Notes under the pieces: model-generated | Told to the model about the DNA's origin: nothing | Seen by the model: the letters and a program-made list of their open reading frames with translations, nothing else | Databases searched by the model: none | Assembly: GCF_009914755.1 (NCBI RefSeq) | Contig: NC_060929.1 | Reading direction: 5' to 3' (one strand) | From: the human T2T-CHM13v2.0 reference genome, Homo sapiens | Length of the DNA: 64,000 nt | Position numbers and translations under genes: made by a program | Part shown: positions 11,001 through 25,100 of the stretch, piece by piece | Numbering within the stretch: the stretch's first letter is position 1 | How the letters are laid out: each line of letters opens with the position of its first letter

Positions 11001-14000
11001 TTACTGCAAACATCCTAAAGAAGTTTCTGGGAATGCTGCTGTCTAGTTTAATGTGAATATATTTTCTTTTCCGCCATAGCCCTCAAAGAGCTCCAAATAT
11101 CCACTTTCAGATTCTACAGAGTGTTTCAAAACTGCTCTATCCAAAAAAAGTTTCAACTCGGTGAGTCGAATGCACATATCACAAAGCAGTTTCTGAGAAT
11201 GCTTTCGTCTATTTTTCCCAGGAAGATATTTCCTTTTGGACAGTAGGCCTCAAATCGCTCCAGATATCCACATGCAGATTCTGCGAAAAGAGTGTTTCCA
11301 AACTGCCCTATCAAAAGGAAGGTTCAACTCTGGTAGTTGAATGCAAACATCACAAAGAAGTTTCTCAGAATGCTTCTGTCTAGTTGTCATAGGCAGATAT
11401 TTCTTTTTCTACCATAGGCCTCAAAGCGCTCCAAATATCCACTTGCAGATCCTCCAAAAACAGTGTTTCAAAACTGCTCCATAAAAAGGAAGGTTCAACT
11501 CTGTGAGTTGAATGGACAGACCACAAAGAAGTTTCTGAGAATGCTTCTGTCTAGTGTTTATGTGAAGATATTCCCGTTTCCGATGAAGGCCTCAAAGCAG
11601 TCCAAATATCCACTTGCAGATTCTACAAAAATAGTGCTTCAAAACTACTCTATGGAAAGGTATGTTCAACACTGTGAGATGAATGCAAACGTCACAAAGA
11701 AGTTGCTGAGAATGCTTTAGTCTAGTTTCTATGGGAAGACATTTCCTTTTGCACCACAGCCCCCAAAGCACTCCAAATGTCTACATGCAGATTCGATAAA
11801 AGAGTTTTACAAAACTGCTCTATCAAAAGAAAGGTTCAACGCTGTGAGTTGAATCCACATATCACGAAAAAGTTTCTGAGAATGCCTCTATCTACGTTTT
11901 ATGTGAAGATATTCCGGATTCCAACGAAGGCCTCAAAGCGCTCCAAATATCTACTTGCAGATTCTAGAAAAAGAGTGTTTCAAAACTGCTCTATTAAAGG
12001 AAGGTTCAACTCTGTGAGTTGAATTCACACATCACAAAGAACTTTCTGACAATGCTTCTATCTAGTTTTTATGTGAAGATATTACTGTTTCCTATGAAGG
12101 CCTCAAAGTGGTCCGAATATCCACTTGCAGATTCTACAAAAAGAGGTTTTCAAAACTGCTCTATGAAGAGGTATGTTCAAGTCTGTGAGTTGAATGCAAA
12201 CATCACGAAGCAGTTTCTGAGAATGCTTCTGTCTAGTTTTTAGGGGCAGATATTTCCGTTGGCACAATAGCCCTCAAAGCGCTCCAAATATCCACTGGCA
12301 GATTCTACCAAAAGAGTGTTTCAAAACTGCTCTGTGAAAAGAAACGTTCAACTGTGTTAGTTGAATGCCCACATCACAAAGAAGATTCTGAGAATATTTC
12401 TGTCTAGATTTTATTAGAAGATATTCCCGTTTCCACCAAAGGACACACAGCGAAGCCAACTATCCGCTTGCAGATCTTACAAAAACACGTTTCAAAACTG
12501 CTCTTTCAAAGGAAAGGTTCATCTCTCTGGGTTCAACGCACACATCACAAAGAAGTTTCTGAGAATGCTTCTGGCTAGTTTGTGTGTGAAGATATTCCCA
12601 TTTCCAACAAAGGCTTCAAAGCCCTCCAAATATTCACCTGCAATTGTTCAAAAGAGTGTTTCAAAACTGTTCTATGAAAAGGAAGGTTCAACTCTGTGAG
12701 TTGAATGCACGCTTCACATAAATGGTTCTGAGAATGCTTCTTTCTAGTTTTTATGTGAAGATATTTCCTTCTCCACCATAGCCCTCAAAGCGCTCCAAGT
12801 GTCCGCTGGCAGATTCCACAGAAACAGTGTTTCAAAACTGCTCTAACAAAAGAAAGATTCAACTGCGTGATTTGAATGCACACATCACAAAGCATTTTCT
12901 GTGAATCCTTCTGTCTAGTTTTTATATGAGGATATTTCCTTTTCTACCACGGGCATCCAAGCGTTCCAATTCTCCAATTGTAGATTGCACAAACAGAGTG
13001 TTTCAAAACTGCTCCATAAGAAGGAAGATTCAAATTTGGGAGTACAATGCACACATCACGAAGAAGTTTCTGAGAATGCTTCTGTCTAGTTTATATGTGA
13101 AGATATTCCCGTTTCCAGCAAAGGTCTCAAAGCGGTCCAAATATCCACTTGCGGATCCCACAAACAGAGTGTTTCAAAACTGCTCTACGGAAAGGTATGT
13201 TCAACTCTGTGAGTTTACTGCAAACATCCTAAAGAAGTTTCTGGGAATGCTGCTGTCTAGTTTAATGTGAATATATTTTCTTTTCCGCCATAGCCCTCAA
13301 AGAGCTCCAAATATCCACTTTCAGATTCTACAGAGTGTTTCAAAACTGCTCTATCCAAAAAAAGTTTCAACTCGGTGAGTCGAATGCACATATCACAAAG
13401 CAGTTTCTGAGAATGTTTTCGTCTATTTTTCCCAGGAAGATATTTCCTTTTGGACCGTAGGCCTCAAATCGCTCCAGATATCCACATGCAGATTCTACAA
13501 AAAGAGTGTTTCCAAACTGCCCTATCAAAAGGAAGGTTCAACTCTGGTAGTTGAATGCAAACATCACAAAGAAGTTTCTCAGAATGCTTCTGTCTAGTTG
13601 TCATAGGCAGATATTTCTTTTTCTACCATAGGCCTCAAAGCGCTCCAAATATCCACTTGCAGATTCTCCAAAAACAGTGTTTCAAAACTGCTCCATAAAA
13701 AGGAAGGTTCAACTCTGTGAGTTGAATGGACAGACCACAAAGAAGTTTCTGAGAATGCTTCTGTCTAGTGTTTATGTGAAGATATTCCCGTTTCCGATGA
13801 AGGCCTCAAAGCAGTCCAAATATCCACTTGCAGATTCTACAAAAATAGTGCTTCAAAACTACTCTATGGAAAGGTATGTTCAACACTGTGAGATGAATGC
13901 AAACGTCACAAAGAAGTTGCTGAGAATGCTTCAGTCTAGTTTCTATGGGAAGACATTTCCTTTTGCACCACAGCCCCCAAAGCACTCCAAATGTCTACAT

Positions 14001-17000
14001 GCAGATTCGATAAAAGAGTTTTACAAAACTGCTCTATCAAAAGAAAGGTTCAACGCTGTGAGTTGAATCCACATATCACGAAAAAGTTTCTGAGAATGCC
14101 TCTATCTACGTTTTATGTGAAGATATTTCGGATTCCAACGAAGGCCTCAAAGCGCTCCAAATATCTACTTGCAGATTCTAGAAAAAGAGTGTTTCAAAAC
14201 TGCTCTATTAAAGGAAGGTTCAACTCTGTGAGTTGAATTCACACATCACAAAGAACTTTCTGACAATGCTTCTATCTAGTTTTTATGTGAAGATATTACT
14301 GTTTCCTATGAAGGCCTCAAAGTGGTCCGAATATCCACTTGCAGATTCTACAAAAAGAGGTTTTCAAAACTGCTCTATGAAGAGGTATGTTCAAGTCTGT
14401 GAGTTGAATGCAAACATCACGAAGCAGTTTCTGAGAATGCTTCTGTCTAGTTTTTAGGGGCAGATATTTCCGTTGGCACAATAGCCCTCAAAGCGCTCCA
14501 AATATCCACTGGCAGATTCTACCAAAAGAGTGTTTCAAAACTGCTCTGTGAAAAGAAACGTTCAACTGTGTTAGTTGAATGCCCACATCACAAAGAAGAT
14601 TCTGAGAATATTTCTGTCTAGATTTTATTAGAAGATATTCCCGTTTCCACCAAAGGACACAAAGCGAAGCCAACTATCCGCTTGCAGATCTTACAAAAAC
14701 ACGTTTCAAAACTGCTCTTTCAAAGGAAAGGTTCATCTCTCTGGGTTCAACGCACACATCACAAAGAAGTTTCTGAGAATGCTTCTGGCTAGTTTGTGTG
14801 TGAAGATATTCCCATTTCCAACAAAGGCTTCAAAGCCCTCCAAATATTCACCTGCAATTGTTCAAAAGAGTGTTTCAAAACTGTTCTATCAAAAGGAAGG
14901 TTCAACTCTGTGAGTTGAATGCACGCTTCACATAAATGGTTCTGAGAATGCTTCTTTCTAGTTTTTATGTGAAGATATTTCCTTCTCCACCATAGCCCTC
15001 AAAGCGCTCCAAGTGTCCGCTGGCAGATTCCACAGAAACAGTGTTTCAAAACTGCTCTAACAAAAGAAAGATTCAACTGCGTGATTTGAATGCACACATC
15101 ACAAAGCATTTTCTGTGAATCCTTCTGTCTAGTTTTTATATGAGGATATTTCCTTTTCTACCACGGGCATCCAAGCGTTCCAATTCTCCAATTGTAGATT
15201 GCACAAACAGAGTGTTTCAAAACTGCTCCATAAGAAGGAAGATTCAAATTTGGGAGTACAATGCACACATCACGAAGAAGTTTCTGAGAATGCTTCTGTC
15301 TAGTTTATATGTGAAGATATTCCCGTTTCCAGCAAAGGTCTCAAAGCGGTCCAAATATCCACTTGCGGATCCCACAAACAGAGTGTTTCAAAACTGCTCT
15401 ACGGAAAGGTATGTTCAACTCTGTGAGTTTACAGCAAACATCCTAAAGAAGTTTCTGGGAATGCTGCTGTCTAGTTTAATGTGAATATATTTTCTTTTCC
15501 GCCATAGCCCTCAAAGAGCTCCAAATATCCACTTTCAGATTCTACAGAGTGTTTCAAAACTGCTCTATCCAAAAAAAGTTTCAACTCGGTGAGTCGAATG
15601 CACATATCACAAAGCAGTTTCTGAGAATGTTTTCGTCTATTTTTCCCAGGAAGATATTTCCTTTTGGACCGTAGGCCTCAAATCGCTCCAGATATCCACA
15701 TGCAGATTCTACAAAAAGAGTGTTTCCAAACTGCCCTATCAAAAGGAAGGTTCAACTCTGGTAGTTGAATGCAAACATCACAAAGAAGTTTCTCAGAATG
15801 CTTCTGTCTAGTTGTCATAGGCAGATATTTCTTTTTCTACCATAGGCCTCAAAGCGCTCCAAATATCCACTTGCAGATCCTCCAAAAACAGTGTTTCAAA
15901 ACTGCTCCATAAAAAGGAAGGTTCAACTCTGTGAGTTGAATGGACAGACCACAAAGAAGTTTCTGAGAATGCTTCTGTCTAGTGTTTATGTGAAGATATT
16001 CCCGTTTCCGATGAAGGCCTCAAAGCAGTCCAAATATCCACTTGCAGATTCTACAAAAATAGTGCTTCAAAACTACTCTATGGAAAGGTATGTTCAACAC
16101 TGTGAGATGAATGCAAACGTCACAAAGAAGTTGCTGAGAATGCTTCAGTCTAGTTTCTATGGGAAGACATTTCCTTTTGCACCACAGCCCCCAAAGCACT
16201 CCAAATGTCTACTTGCAGATTCGATAAAAGAGTTTTACAAAACTGCTCTATCAAAAGAAAGGTTCAACGCTGTGAGTTGAATCCACATATCACGAAAAAG
16301 TTTCTGAGAATGCCTCTATCTACGTTTTATGTGAAGATATTCCGGATTCCAACGAAGGCCTCAAAGCGCTCCAAATATCTACTTGCAGATTCTAGAAAAA
16401 GAGTGTTTCAAAACTGCTCTATTAAAGGAAGGTTCAACTCTGTGAGTTGAATTCACACATCACAAAGAACTTTCTGACAATGCTTCTATCTAGTTTTTAT
16501 GTGAAGATATTACTGTTTCCTATGAAGGCCTCAAAGTGGTCCGAATATCCACTTGCAGATTCTACAAAAAGAGGTTTTCAAAACTGCTCTATGAAGAGGT
16601 ATGTTCAAGTCTGTGAGTTGAATGCAAACATCACGAAGCAGTTTCTGAGAATGCTTCTGTCTAGTTTTTAGGGGCAGATATTTCCGTTGGCACAATAGCC
16701 CTCAAAGCGCTCCAAATATCCACTGGCAGATTCTACCAAAAGAGTGTTTCAAAACTGCTCTGTGCAAAGAAACGTTCAACTGTGTTAGTTGAATGCCCAC
16801 ATCACAAAGAAGATTCTGAGAATATTTCTGTCTAGATTTTATTAGAAGATATTCCCGTTTCCACCAAAGGACACAAAGCGAAGCCAACTATCCGCTTGCA
16901 GATCTTACAAAAACACGTTTCAAAACTGCTCTTTCAAAGGAAAGGTTCATCTCTCTGGGTTCAACGCACACATCACAAAGAAGTTTCTGAGAATGCTTCT

Positions 17001-20000
17001 GGCTAGTTTGTGTGTGAAGATATTCCCATTTCCAACAAAGGCTTCAAAGCCCTCCAAATATTCACCTGCAATTGTTCAAAAGAGTGTTTCAAAACTGTTC
17101 TATCAAAAGGAAGGTTCAACTCTGTGAGTTGAATGCACGCTTCACATAAATGGTTCTGAGAATGCTTCTTTCTAGTTTTTATGTGAAGATATTTCCTTCT
17201 CCACCATAGCCCTCAAAGCGCTCCAAGTGTCCGCTGGCAGATTCCACAGAAACAGTGTTTCAAAACTGCTCTAACAAAAGAAAGATTCAACTGCGTGATT
17301 TGAATGCACACATCACAAAGCATTTTCTGTGAATCCTTCTGTCTAGTTTTTATATGAGGATATTTCCTTTTCTACCACGGGCATCCAAGCGTTCCAATTC
17401 TCCAATTGTAGATTGCACAAACAGAGTGTTTCAAAACTGCTCCATAAGAAGGAAGATTCAAATTTGGGAGTACAATGCACACATCACGAAGAAGTTTCTG
17501 AGAATGCTTCTGTCTAGTTTATATGTGAAGATATTCCCGTTTCCAGCAAAGGTCTCAAAGCGGTCCAAATATCCACTTGCGGATCCCACAAACAGAGTGT
17601 TTCAAAACTGCTCTACGGAAAGGTATGTTCAACTCTGTGAGTTTACTGCAAACATCCTAAAGAAGTTTCTGGGAATGCTGCTGTCTAGTTTAATGTGAAT
17701 ATATTTTCTTTTCCGCCATAGCCCTCAAAGAGCTCCAAATATCCACTTTCAGATTCTACAGAGTGTTTCAAAACTGCTCTATCCAAAAAAAGTTTCAACT
17801 CGGTGAGTCGAATGCACATATCACAAAGCAGTTTCTGAGAATGTTTTCGTCTATTTTTCCCAGGAAGATATTTCCTTTTGGACCGTAGGCCTCAAATCGC
17901 TCCAGATATCCACATGCAGATTCTACAAAAAGAGTGTTTCCAAACTGCCCTATCAAAAGGAAGGTTCAACTCTGGTAGTTGAATGCAAACATCACAAAGA
18001 AGTTTCTCAGAATGCTTCTGTCTAGTTGTCATAGGCCGATATTTCTTTTTCTACCATAGGCCTCAAAGCGCTCCAAATATCCACTTGCAGATCCTCCAAA
18101 AACAGTGTTTCAAAACTGCTCCATAAAAAGGAAGGTTCAACTCTGTGAGTTGAATGGACAGACCACAAAGAAGTTTCTGAGAATGCTTCTGTCTAGTGTT
18201 TATGTGAAGATATTCCCGTTTCCGATGAAGGCCTCAAAGCAGTCCAAATATCCACTTGCAGATTCTACAAAAATAGTGCTTCAAAACTACTCTATGGAAA
18301 GGTATGTTCAACACTGTGAGATGAATGCAAACGTCACAAAGAAGTTGCTGAGAATGCTTCAGTCTAGTTTCTATGGGAAGACATTTCCTTTTGCACCACA
18401 GCCCCCAAAGCACTCCAAATGTCTACATGCAGATTCGATAAAAGAGTTTTACAAAACTGCTCTATCAAAAGAAAGGTTCAACGCTGTGAGTTGAATCCAC
18501 ATATCACGAAAAAGTTTCTGAGAATGCCTCTATCTACGTTTTATGTGAAGATATTCCGGATTCCAACGAAGGCCTCAAAGCGCTCCAAATATCTACTTGC
18601 AGATTCTAGAAAAAGAGTGTTTCAAAACTGCTCTATTAAAGGAAGGTTCAACTCTGTGAGTTGAATTCACACATCACAAAGAACTTTCTGACAATGCTTC
18701 TATCTAGTTTTTATGTGAAGATATTACTGTTTCCTATGAAGGCCTCAAAGTGGTCCGAATATCCACTTGCAGATTCTACAAAAAGAGGTTTTCAAAACTG
18801 CTCTATGAAGAGGTATGTTCAAGTCTGTGAGTTGAATGCAAACATCACGAAGCAGTTTCTGAGAATGCTTCTGTCTAGTTTTTAGGGGCAGATATTTCCG
18901 TTGGCACAATAGCCCTCAAAGCGCTCCAAATATCCACTGGCAGATTCTACCAAAAGAGTGTTTCAAAACTGCTCTGTGAAAAGAAACGTTCAACTGTGTT
19001 AGTTGAATGCCCACATCACAAAGAAGATTCTGAGAATATTTCTGTCTAGATTTTATTAGAAGATATTCCCGTTTCCACCAAAGGACACAAAGCGAAGCCA
19101 ACTATCCGCTTGCAGATCTTACAAAAACACGTTTCAAAACTGCTCTTTCAAAGGAAAGGTTCATCTCTCTGGGTTCAACGCACACATCACAAAGAAGTTT
19201 CTGAGAATGCTTCTGGCTAGTTTGTGTGTGAAGATATTCCCATTTCCAACAAAGGCTTCAAAGCCCTCCAAATATTCACCTGCAATTGTTCAAAAGAGTG
19301 TTTCAAAACTGTTCTATCAAAAGGAAGGTTCAACTCTGTGAGTTGAATGCACGCTTCACATAAATGGTTCTGAGAATGCTTCTTTCTAGTTTTTATGTGA
19401 AGATATTTCCTTCTCCACCATAGCCCTCAAAGCGCTCCAAGTGTCCGCTGGCAGATTCCACAGAAACAGTGTTTCAAAACTGCTCTAACAAAAGAAAGAT
19501 TCAACTGCGTGATTTGAATGCACACATCACAAAGCATTTTCTGTGAATCCTTCTGTCTAGTTTTTATATGAGGATATTTCCTTTTCTACCACGGGCATCC
19601 AAGCGTTCCAATTCTCCAATTGTAGATTGCACAAACAGAGTGTTTCAAAACTGCTCCATGAGAAGGAAGATTCAAATTTGGGAGTACAATGCACACATCA
19701 CGAAGAAGTTTCTGAGAATGCTTCTGTCTAGTTTATATGTGAAGATATTCCCGTTTCCAGCAAAGGTCTCAAAGCGGTCCAAATATCCACTTGCGGATCC
19801 CACAAACAGAGTGTTTCAAAACTGCTCTACGGAAAGGTATGTTCAACTCTGTGAGTTTACTGCAAACATCCTAAAGAAGTTTCTGGGAATGCTGCTGTCT
19901 AGTTTAATGTGAATATCTTTTCTTTTCCGCCATAGCCCTCAAAGAGCTCCAAATATCCACTTTCAGATTCTACAGAGTGTTTCAAAACTGCTCTATCCAA

Positions 20001-22138
20001 AAAAAGTTTCAACTCGGTGAGTCGAATGCACATATCACAAAGCAGTTTCTGAGAATGCTTTCGTCTATTTTTCCCAGGAAGATATTTCCTTTTGGACCGT
20101 AGGCCTCAAATCGCTCCAGATATCCACATGCAGATTCTACAAAAAGAGTGTTTCCAAACTGCCCTATTAAAAGGAAGGTTCAACTCTGGTAGTTGAATGC
20201 AAACATCACAAAGAAGTTTCTCAGAATGCTTCTGTCTAGTTGTCATAGGCAGATATTTCTTTTTCTACCATAGGCCTCAAAGCGCTCCAAATATCCACTT
20301 GCAGATCCTCCAAAAACAGTGTTTCAAAACTGCTCCATAAAAAGGAAGGTTCAACTCTGTGAGTTGAATGGACAGACCACAAAGAAGTTTCTGAGAATGC
20401 TTCTGTCTAGTGTTTATGTGAAGATATTCCCGTTTCCCATGAAGGCCTCAAAGCAGTCCAAATATCCACTTGCAGATTCTACAAAAATAGTGCTTCAAAC
20501 TACTCTATGGAAAGGTATGTTCAACACTGTGAGATGAATGCAAACGTCACAAAGAAGTTGCTGAGAATGCTTCAGTCTAGTTTCTATGGGAAGACATTTC
20601 CTTTTGCACCACAGCCCCCAAAGCACTCCAAATGTCTACTTGCAGATTCGATAAAAGAGTTTTACAAAACTGCTCTATCAAAAGAAAGGTTCAACGCTGT
20701 GAGTTGAATCCACATATCACGAAAAAGTTTCTGAGAATGCCTCTATCTACGTTTTATGTGAAGATATTCCGGATTCCAACGAAGGCCTCAAAGCGCTCCA
20801 AATATCTACTTGCAGATTCTAGAAAAAGAGTGTTTCAAAACTGCTCTATTAAAGGAAGGTTCAACTCTGTGAGTTGAATTCACACATCACAAAGAACTTT
20901 CTGACAATGCTTCTATCTAGTTTTTATGTGAAGATATTACTGTTTCCTATGAAGGCCTCAAAGTGGTCCGAATATCCACTTGCAGATTCTACAAAAAGAG
21001 GTTTTCAAAACTGCTCTATGCAGAGGTATGTTCAAGTCTGTGAGTTAAATGCAAACATCCCTAAGCAGTTTCTGAGAATGCTTCTGTCTAGTTTTTATGG
21101 GCAGATATTTCCGTTGGCACAATAGCCCTCAAAGCGCTCCAAATATCCACTGGCAGATTCTACCAAAAGAGTGTTTCAAAACTGCTCTGTGAAAAGAAAC
21201 GTTCAACTGTGTTAGTTGAATGCCCACATCACAAAGAAGATTCTGAGAATATTTCTGTCTAGTTTTTATTAGAAGATATTCCCGTTTCCAGCAAAGGACA
21301 CAAAGCGAAGCCAACTATCCGCTTGCAGATCTTACAAAAACACGTTTCAGAACTGCTCTTTCAAAGGAAAGGTTCATCTCTCTGGGTTCAACGCACACAT
21401 CACAAAGAAGTTTCTGAGAATGCTTCTGGCTAGTTTGTGTGTGAAGATATTCCCATTTCCAACAAAGGCTTCAAAGCCCTCCAAATATTCACCTGCAATT
21501 GTTCAAAAGAGTGTTTCAAAACTGTTCTATCAAAAGGAAGGTTCAACTCTGTGAGTTGAATGCACGCTTCACATAAATGGTTCTGAGAATGCTTCTTTCT
21601 AGTTTTTATGTGAAGATATTTCCTTCTCCACCATAGCCCTCAAAGCGCTCCAAGTGTCCGCTGGCAGATTCCACAGAAACTGTGTTTCAAAACTGCTCTA
21701 ACAAAAGAAAGATTCAACTCCGTGATTTGAATGCACACATCACAAAGCATTTTCTGAGAATCCTTCTGTCTAGTTTTTATATGAGGATATTTCCTTTTCT
21801 ACCACGGGCATCCAAGCGTTCCAATTCTCCAATTGTAGATTGCACAAACAGAGTGTTTCAAAACTGCTCCATGAGAAGGAAGATTCAAATTTGGGAGTAC
21901 AATGCACACATCACGAAGAAGTTTCTGAGAATGCTTCTGTCTAGTTTATATGTGAAGATATTCCCGTTTCCAGCAAAGGTCTCAAAGCGGTCCAAATATC
22001 CACTTGCGGATCCCACAAACAGAGTGTTTCAAAACTGCTCTACGGAAAGGTATGTTCAAATCTGTGAGTTTACTGCAAACATCCTAAAGAAGTTTCTGGG
22101 AATGCTGCTGTCTAGTTTAATGTGAATATATTTTCTTT

Positions 22139-25100
22139 TCCGCCATAGCCCTCAAAGAGCTCCAAATATCCACTTTCAGATTCTACAGAGTGTTTCAAAA
22201 CTGCTCTATCCAAAAAAAGTTTCAACTCGGTGAGTCGAATGCACGTATCACAAAGCAGTTTCTGAGAATTCTTTCGTCTTTTTTTCCCAGGAAGATATTT
22301 CCTTTTGGACCGTAGGCCTCAAATCGCTCCAGATATCCACATGCAGATTCTGCGAAAAGAGTGTTTCCAAACTGCCCTATCAAAAGGAAGGTTCAACTCT
22401 GGTAGTTGAATGCAAACGTCACAAAGAATTTTCTCAGAATGCTTCTGTCTAGTTGTCATAGGCAGATATTTCTTTTTCTACCATAGGCCTCAAAGCGCTC
22501 CAAATATCCGCTTGCAGATTCTCCGAAAACAGTGTTTCAAAACTGTTCCATAAAAAGGAAGGTTCAACTCTGTGAGTTGAATGGACAGACCACAAAGAAG
22601 TTTCTGAGAATGCTTCTGTCTAGTGTTTATGTGAAGATATTCCCGTTTCCGATGAAGGCCTCAAAGCAGTCCAAATATCCACTTGCAGATTCTGCAAAAA
22701 TAGTGCTTCAAAACTACCCTATGGAAAGGAATGTTCAACACTGTGAGATGAATGCAAACGTCACAAAGAAGTTGATGAGAATGCTTCAGTCTAGTTTCTA
22801 TGGGAAGACATTTCCTTTTGCACCACAGCCCTCAAAGCACTCCAAATGTCTACTTGCAGATTCGATAAAAGAGTTTTACAAAACTGCTCTATCAAAAGAA
22901 ATGTTCAACGCTGTGAGTTGAATCCACATAACACGAAAAAGTTTCTGAGAATGCCTCTATCTACTTTTTATGTGAAGATATTCCGGTTTCCAACGAAGGC
23001 CTCAAAGCGCTCCAAATATCTACTGGCAGATTCTAGAAAAAGAGTGTTTCAAAACTGCTCTATTAAAGGAAGATTCAACTCTGTGAGTTGAATTCACACA
23101 TCACAAAGAACTTTCTGACAATGTTTCTATCTAGTTTTTATGTGATGATATTACTGTTTCTTATGAAGGCCACAAAGTGGTCCGAATATCCACTTGCAGA
23201 TTCTACAAAAAGAGGTTTTCAAAACTGCTATATAAAGAGGTATGTTCAACTCTGTGAGTTGAATGCAAACATCACAAAGCAGTTTCTGAGAATGCTTCTG
23301 TCTCGTTTTTAGGGGCAGATATTTCCATTGGCACAATAGCCCTCAAAGCGCTCCCAATATCCACTGGCAGATTCTACCAAAAGAGTGTTTCAAAACTGCT
23401 CTGTGAAAAGAAACGTTCAACTGTGTTAGTTGAATGCCCACATCACAAAGAAGATTCTGAGAATATTTCTGTCTAGTTTTTATTAGAAGATATTCCCGTT
23501 TCCACCAAAGGACACAAAGCGAAGCCAACTATCCGCTTGCAGATCTTACAAAAACACGTTTCAAAACTGCTCTATTAAAAGGAAAGGTTCATCTCTCTGG
23601 GTTCAACGCACACATCACAAAGAAGTTTCTGAGAATGCTTCTGGCTAGTTTGTGTGTGAAGATATTCCCATTTCCAACAAAGGCTTCAAAGCCCTCCAGA
23701 TATTCACCTGCAATTGTTCAAAAGAGTGTTTCAAAACTGTTCAATCACAAGGAAGGTTCAACTCTGTGAGTTGAATGCACGCTTCACATAAATGGTTCTG
23801 AGAATGCTTCTTTCTAGTTTTTATGTGAAGATATTTCCTTCTCCACCATAGCCCTCAAAGCGCTCCAAGTGTCCACTGGCAGATTCCACAGAAACAGTGT
23901 TTCAAAACTGCTCTAACAAAAGAAAGATTCAACTCCGTGATTTGAATGCACACATCCCAAAGCATTTTCTGTGAATCCTTCTGTCTAGTTTTTATATGAG
24001 GATATTTCCTTTTCTACCACGGGCATCCAAGCGTTCCAATTCTCCAATTGTAGATTGCACAAACAGAGTGTTTCAAAACTGCTCCATGAGAAGGAAGATT
24101 CAAATTTGGGAGAACAATGCACACATCACGAAGAAGTTTCTGAGAATGCTTCTGTCTAGTTTACATGTGAAGATATTCCCGTTTCCAGCAAAGGTCTCAA
24201 AGCGGTCCAAATATCCACTTGCGGATCCCACAAACAGAGTGTTTCAAAACTGCTCTACGGAAAGGTATGTTCAACTCTGTGAGTTTACAGCAAACATCCT
24301 AAAGAAGTTTCTGGGAATGCTGCTGTCTAGTTTAATGTGAATATATTTTCTTTTCCGCCATAGCCCTCAAAGAGCTCCAAATATCCACTTTCAGATTCTA
24401 CAGAGTGTTTCAAAACTGCTCTATCCAAAAAAAGTTTCAACTCGGTGAGTCGAATGCACATATCACAAAGCAGTTTCTGAGAATGCTTTCGTCTATTTTT
24501 CCCAGGAAGATATTTCCTTTTGGACAGTAGGCCTCAAATCGCTCCAGATATCCACATGCAGATTCTACAAAAAGAGTGTTTCCAAACTGCCCTATCAAAA
24601 GGAAGGTTCAACTCTGGTAGTTGAATGCAAACATCCCAAAGATGTTTCTCAGAATGCTTCTGTCTAGTTGTCATAGGCAGATATTTCTTTTTCTACCGTA
24701 GGCCTCAAAGCGCTCCAAATATCCACTTGCAGATTCTCCGAAAACAGTGTTTCAAAACTGCTCCATAAAAAGGAAGGTTCAACTCTGTGAGTTGAATGGA
24801 CAGACCACAAAGAAGTTTCTGAGAATGCTTCTGTCTAGTGTTTATGTGAAGATATTCCCGTTTCCGATGAAGGCCTCAAAGCAGTCCAAATATCCACTTG
24901 CAGATTCTGCAAAAATAGTGCTTCAAAACTACCCTATGGAAAGGTATGTTCAACACTGTGAGATGAATGCAAACGTCACAAAGAAGTTGATGAGAATGCT
25001 TCAGTCTAGTTTCTATGGGAAGACATTTCCTTTTGCACCACAGCCCTCAAAGCACTCCAAATGTCTACTTGCAGATTCGATAAAAGAGTTTTACAAAACT

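Larger units (their letters stand above)
1..22138 (-). repeat. HOR haplotype domain 1 (copies 1-10)
   Basis: Shared alleles CAGCCCCCAAAG, CTACGTTTT, CGGATTCC, TCTACTTGCAGATTCTAGA, GTTCAAGTCTG and CTCTTTCAAAGG. These show in the ORF track as APQPPK, IFRIP and VQVC up to ~21 kb. Confidence 0.88.
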
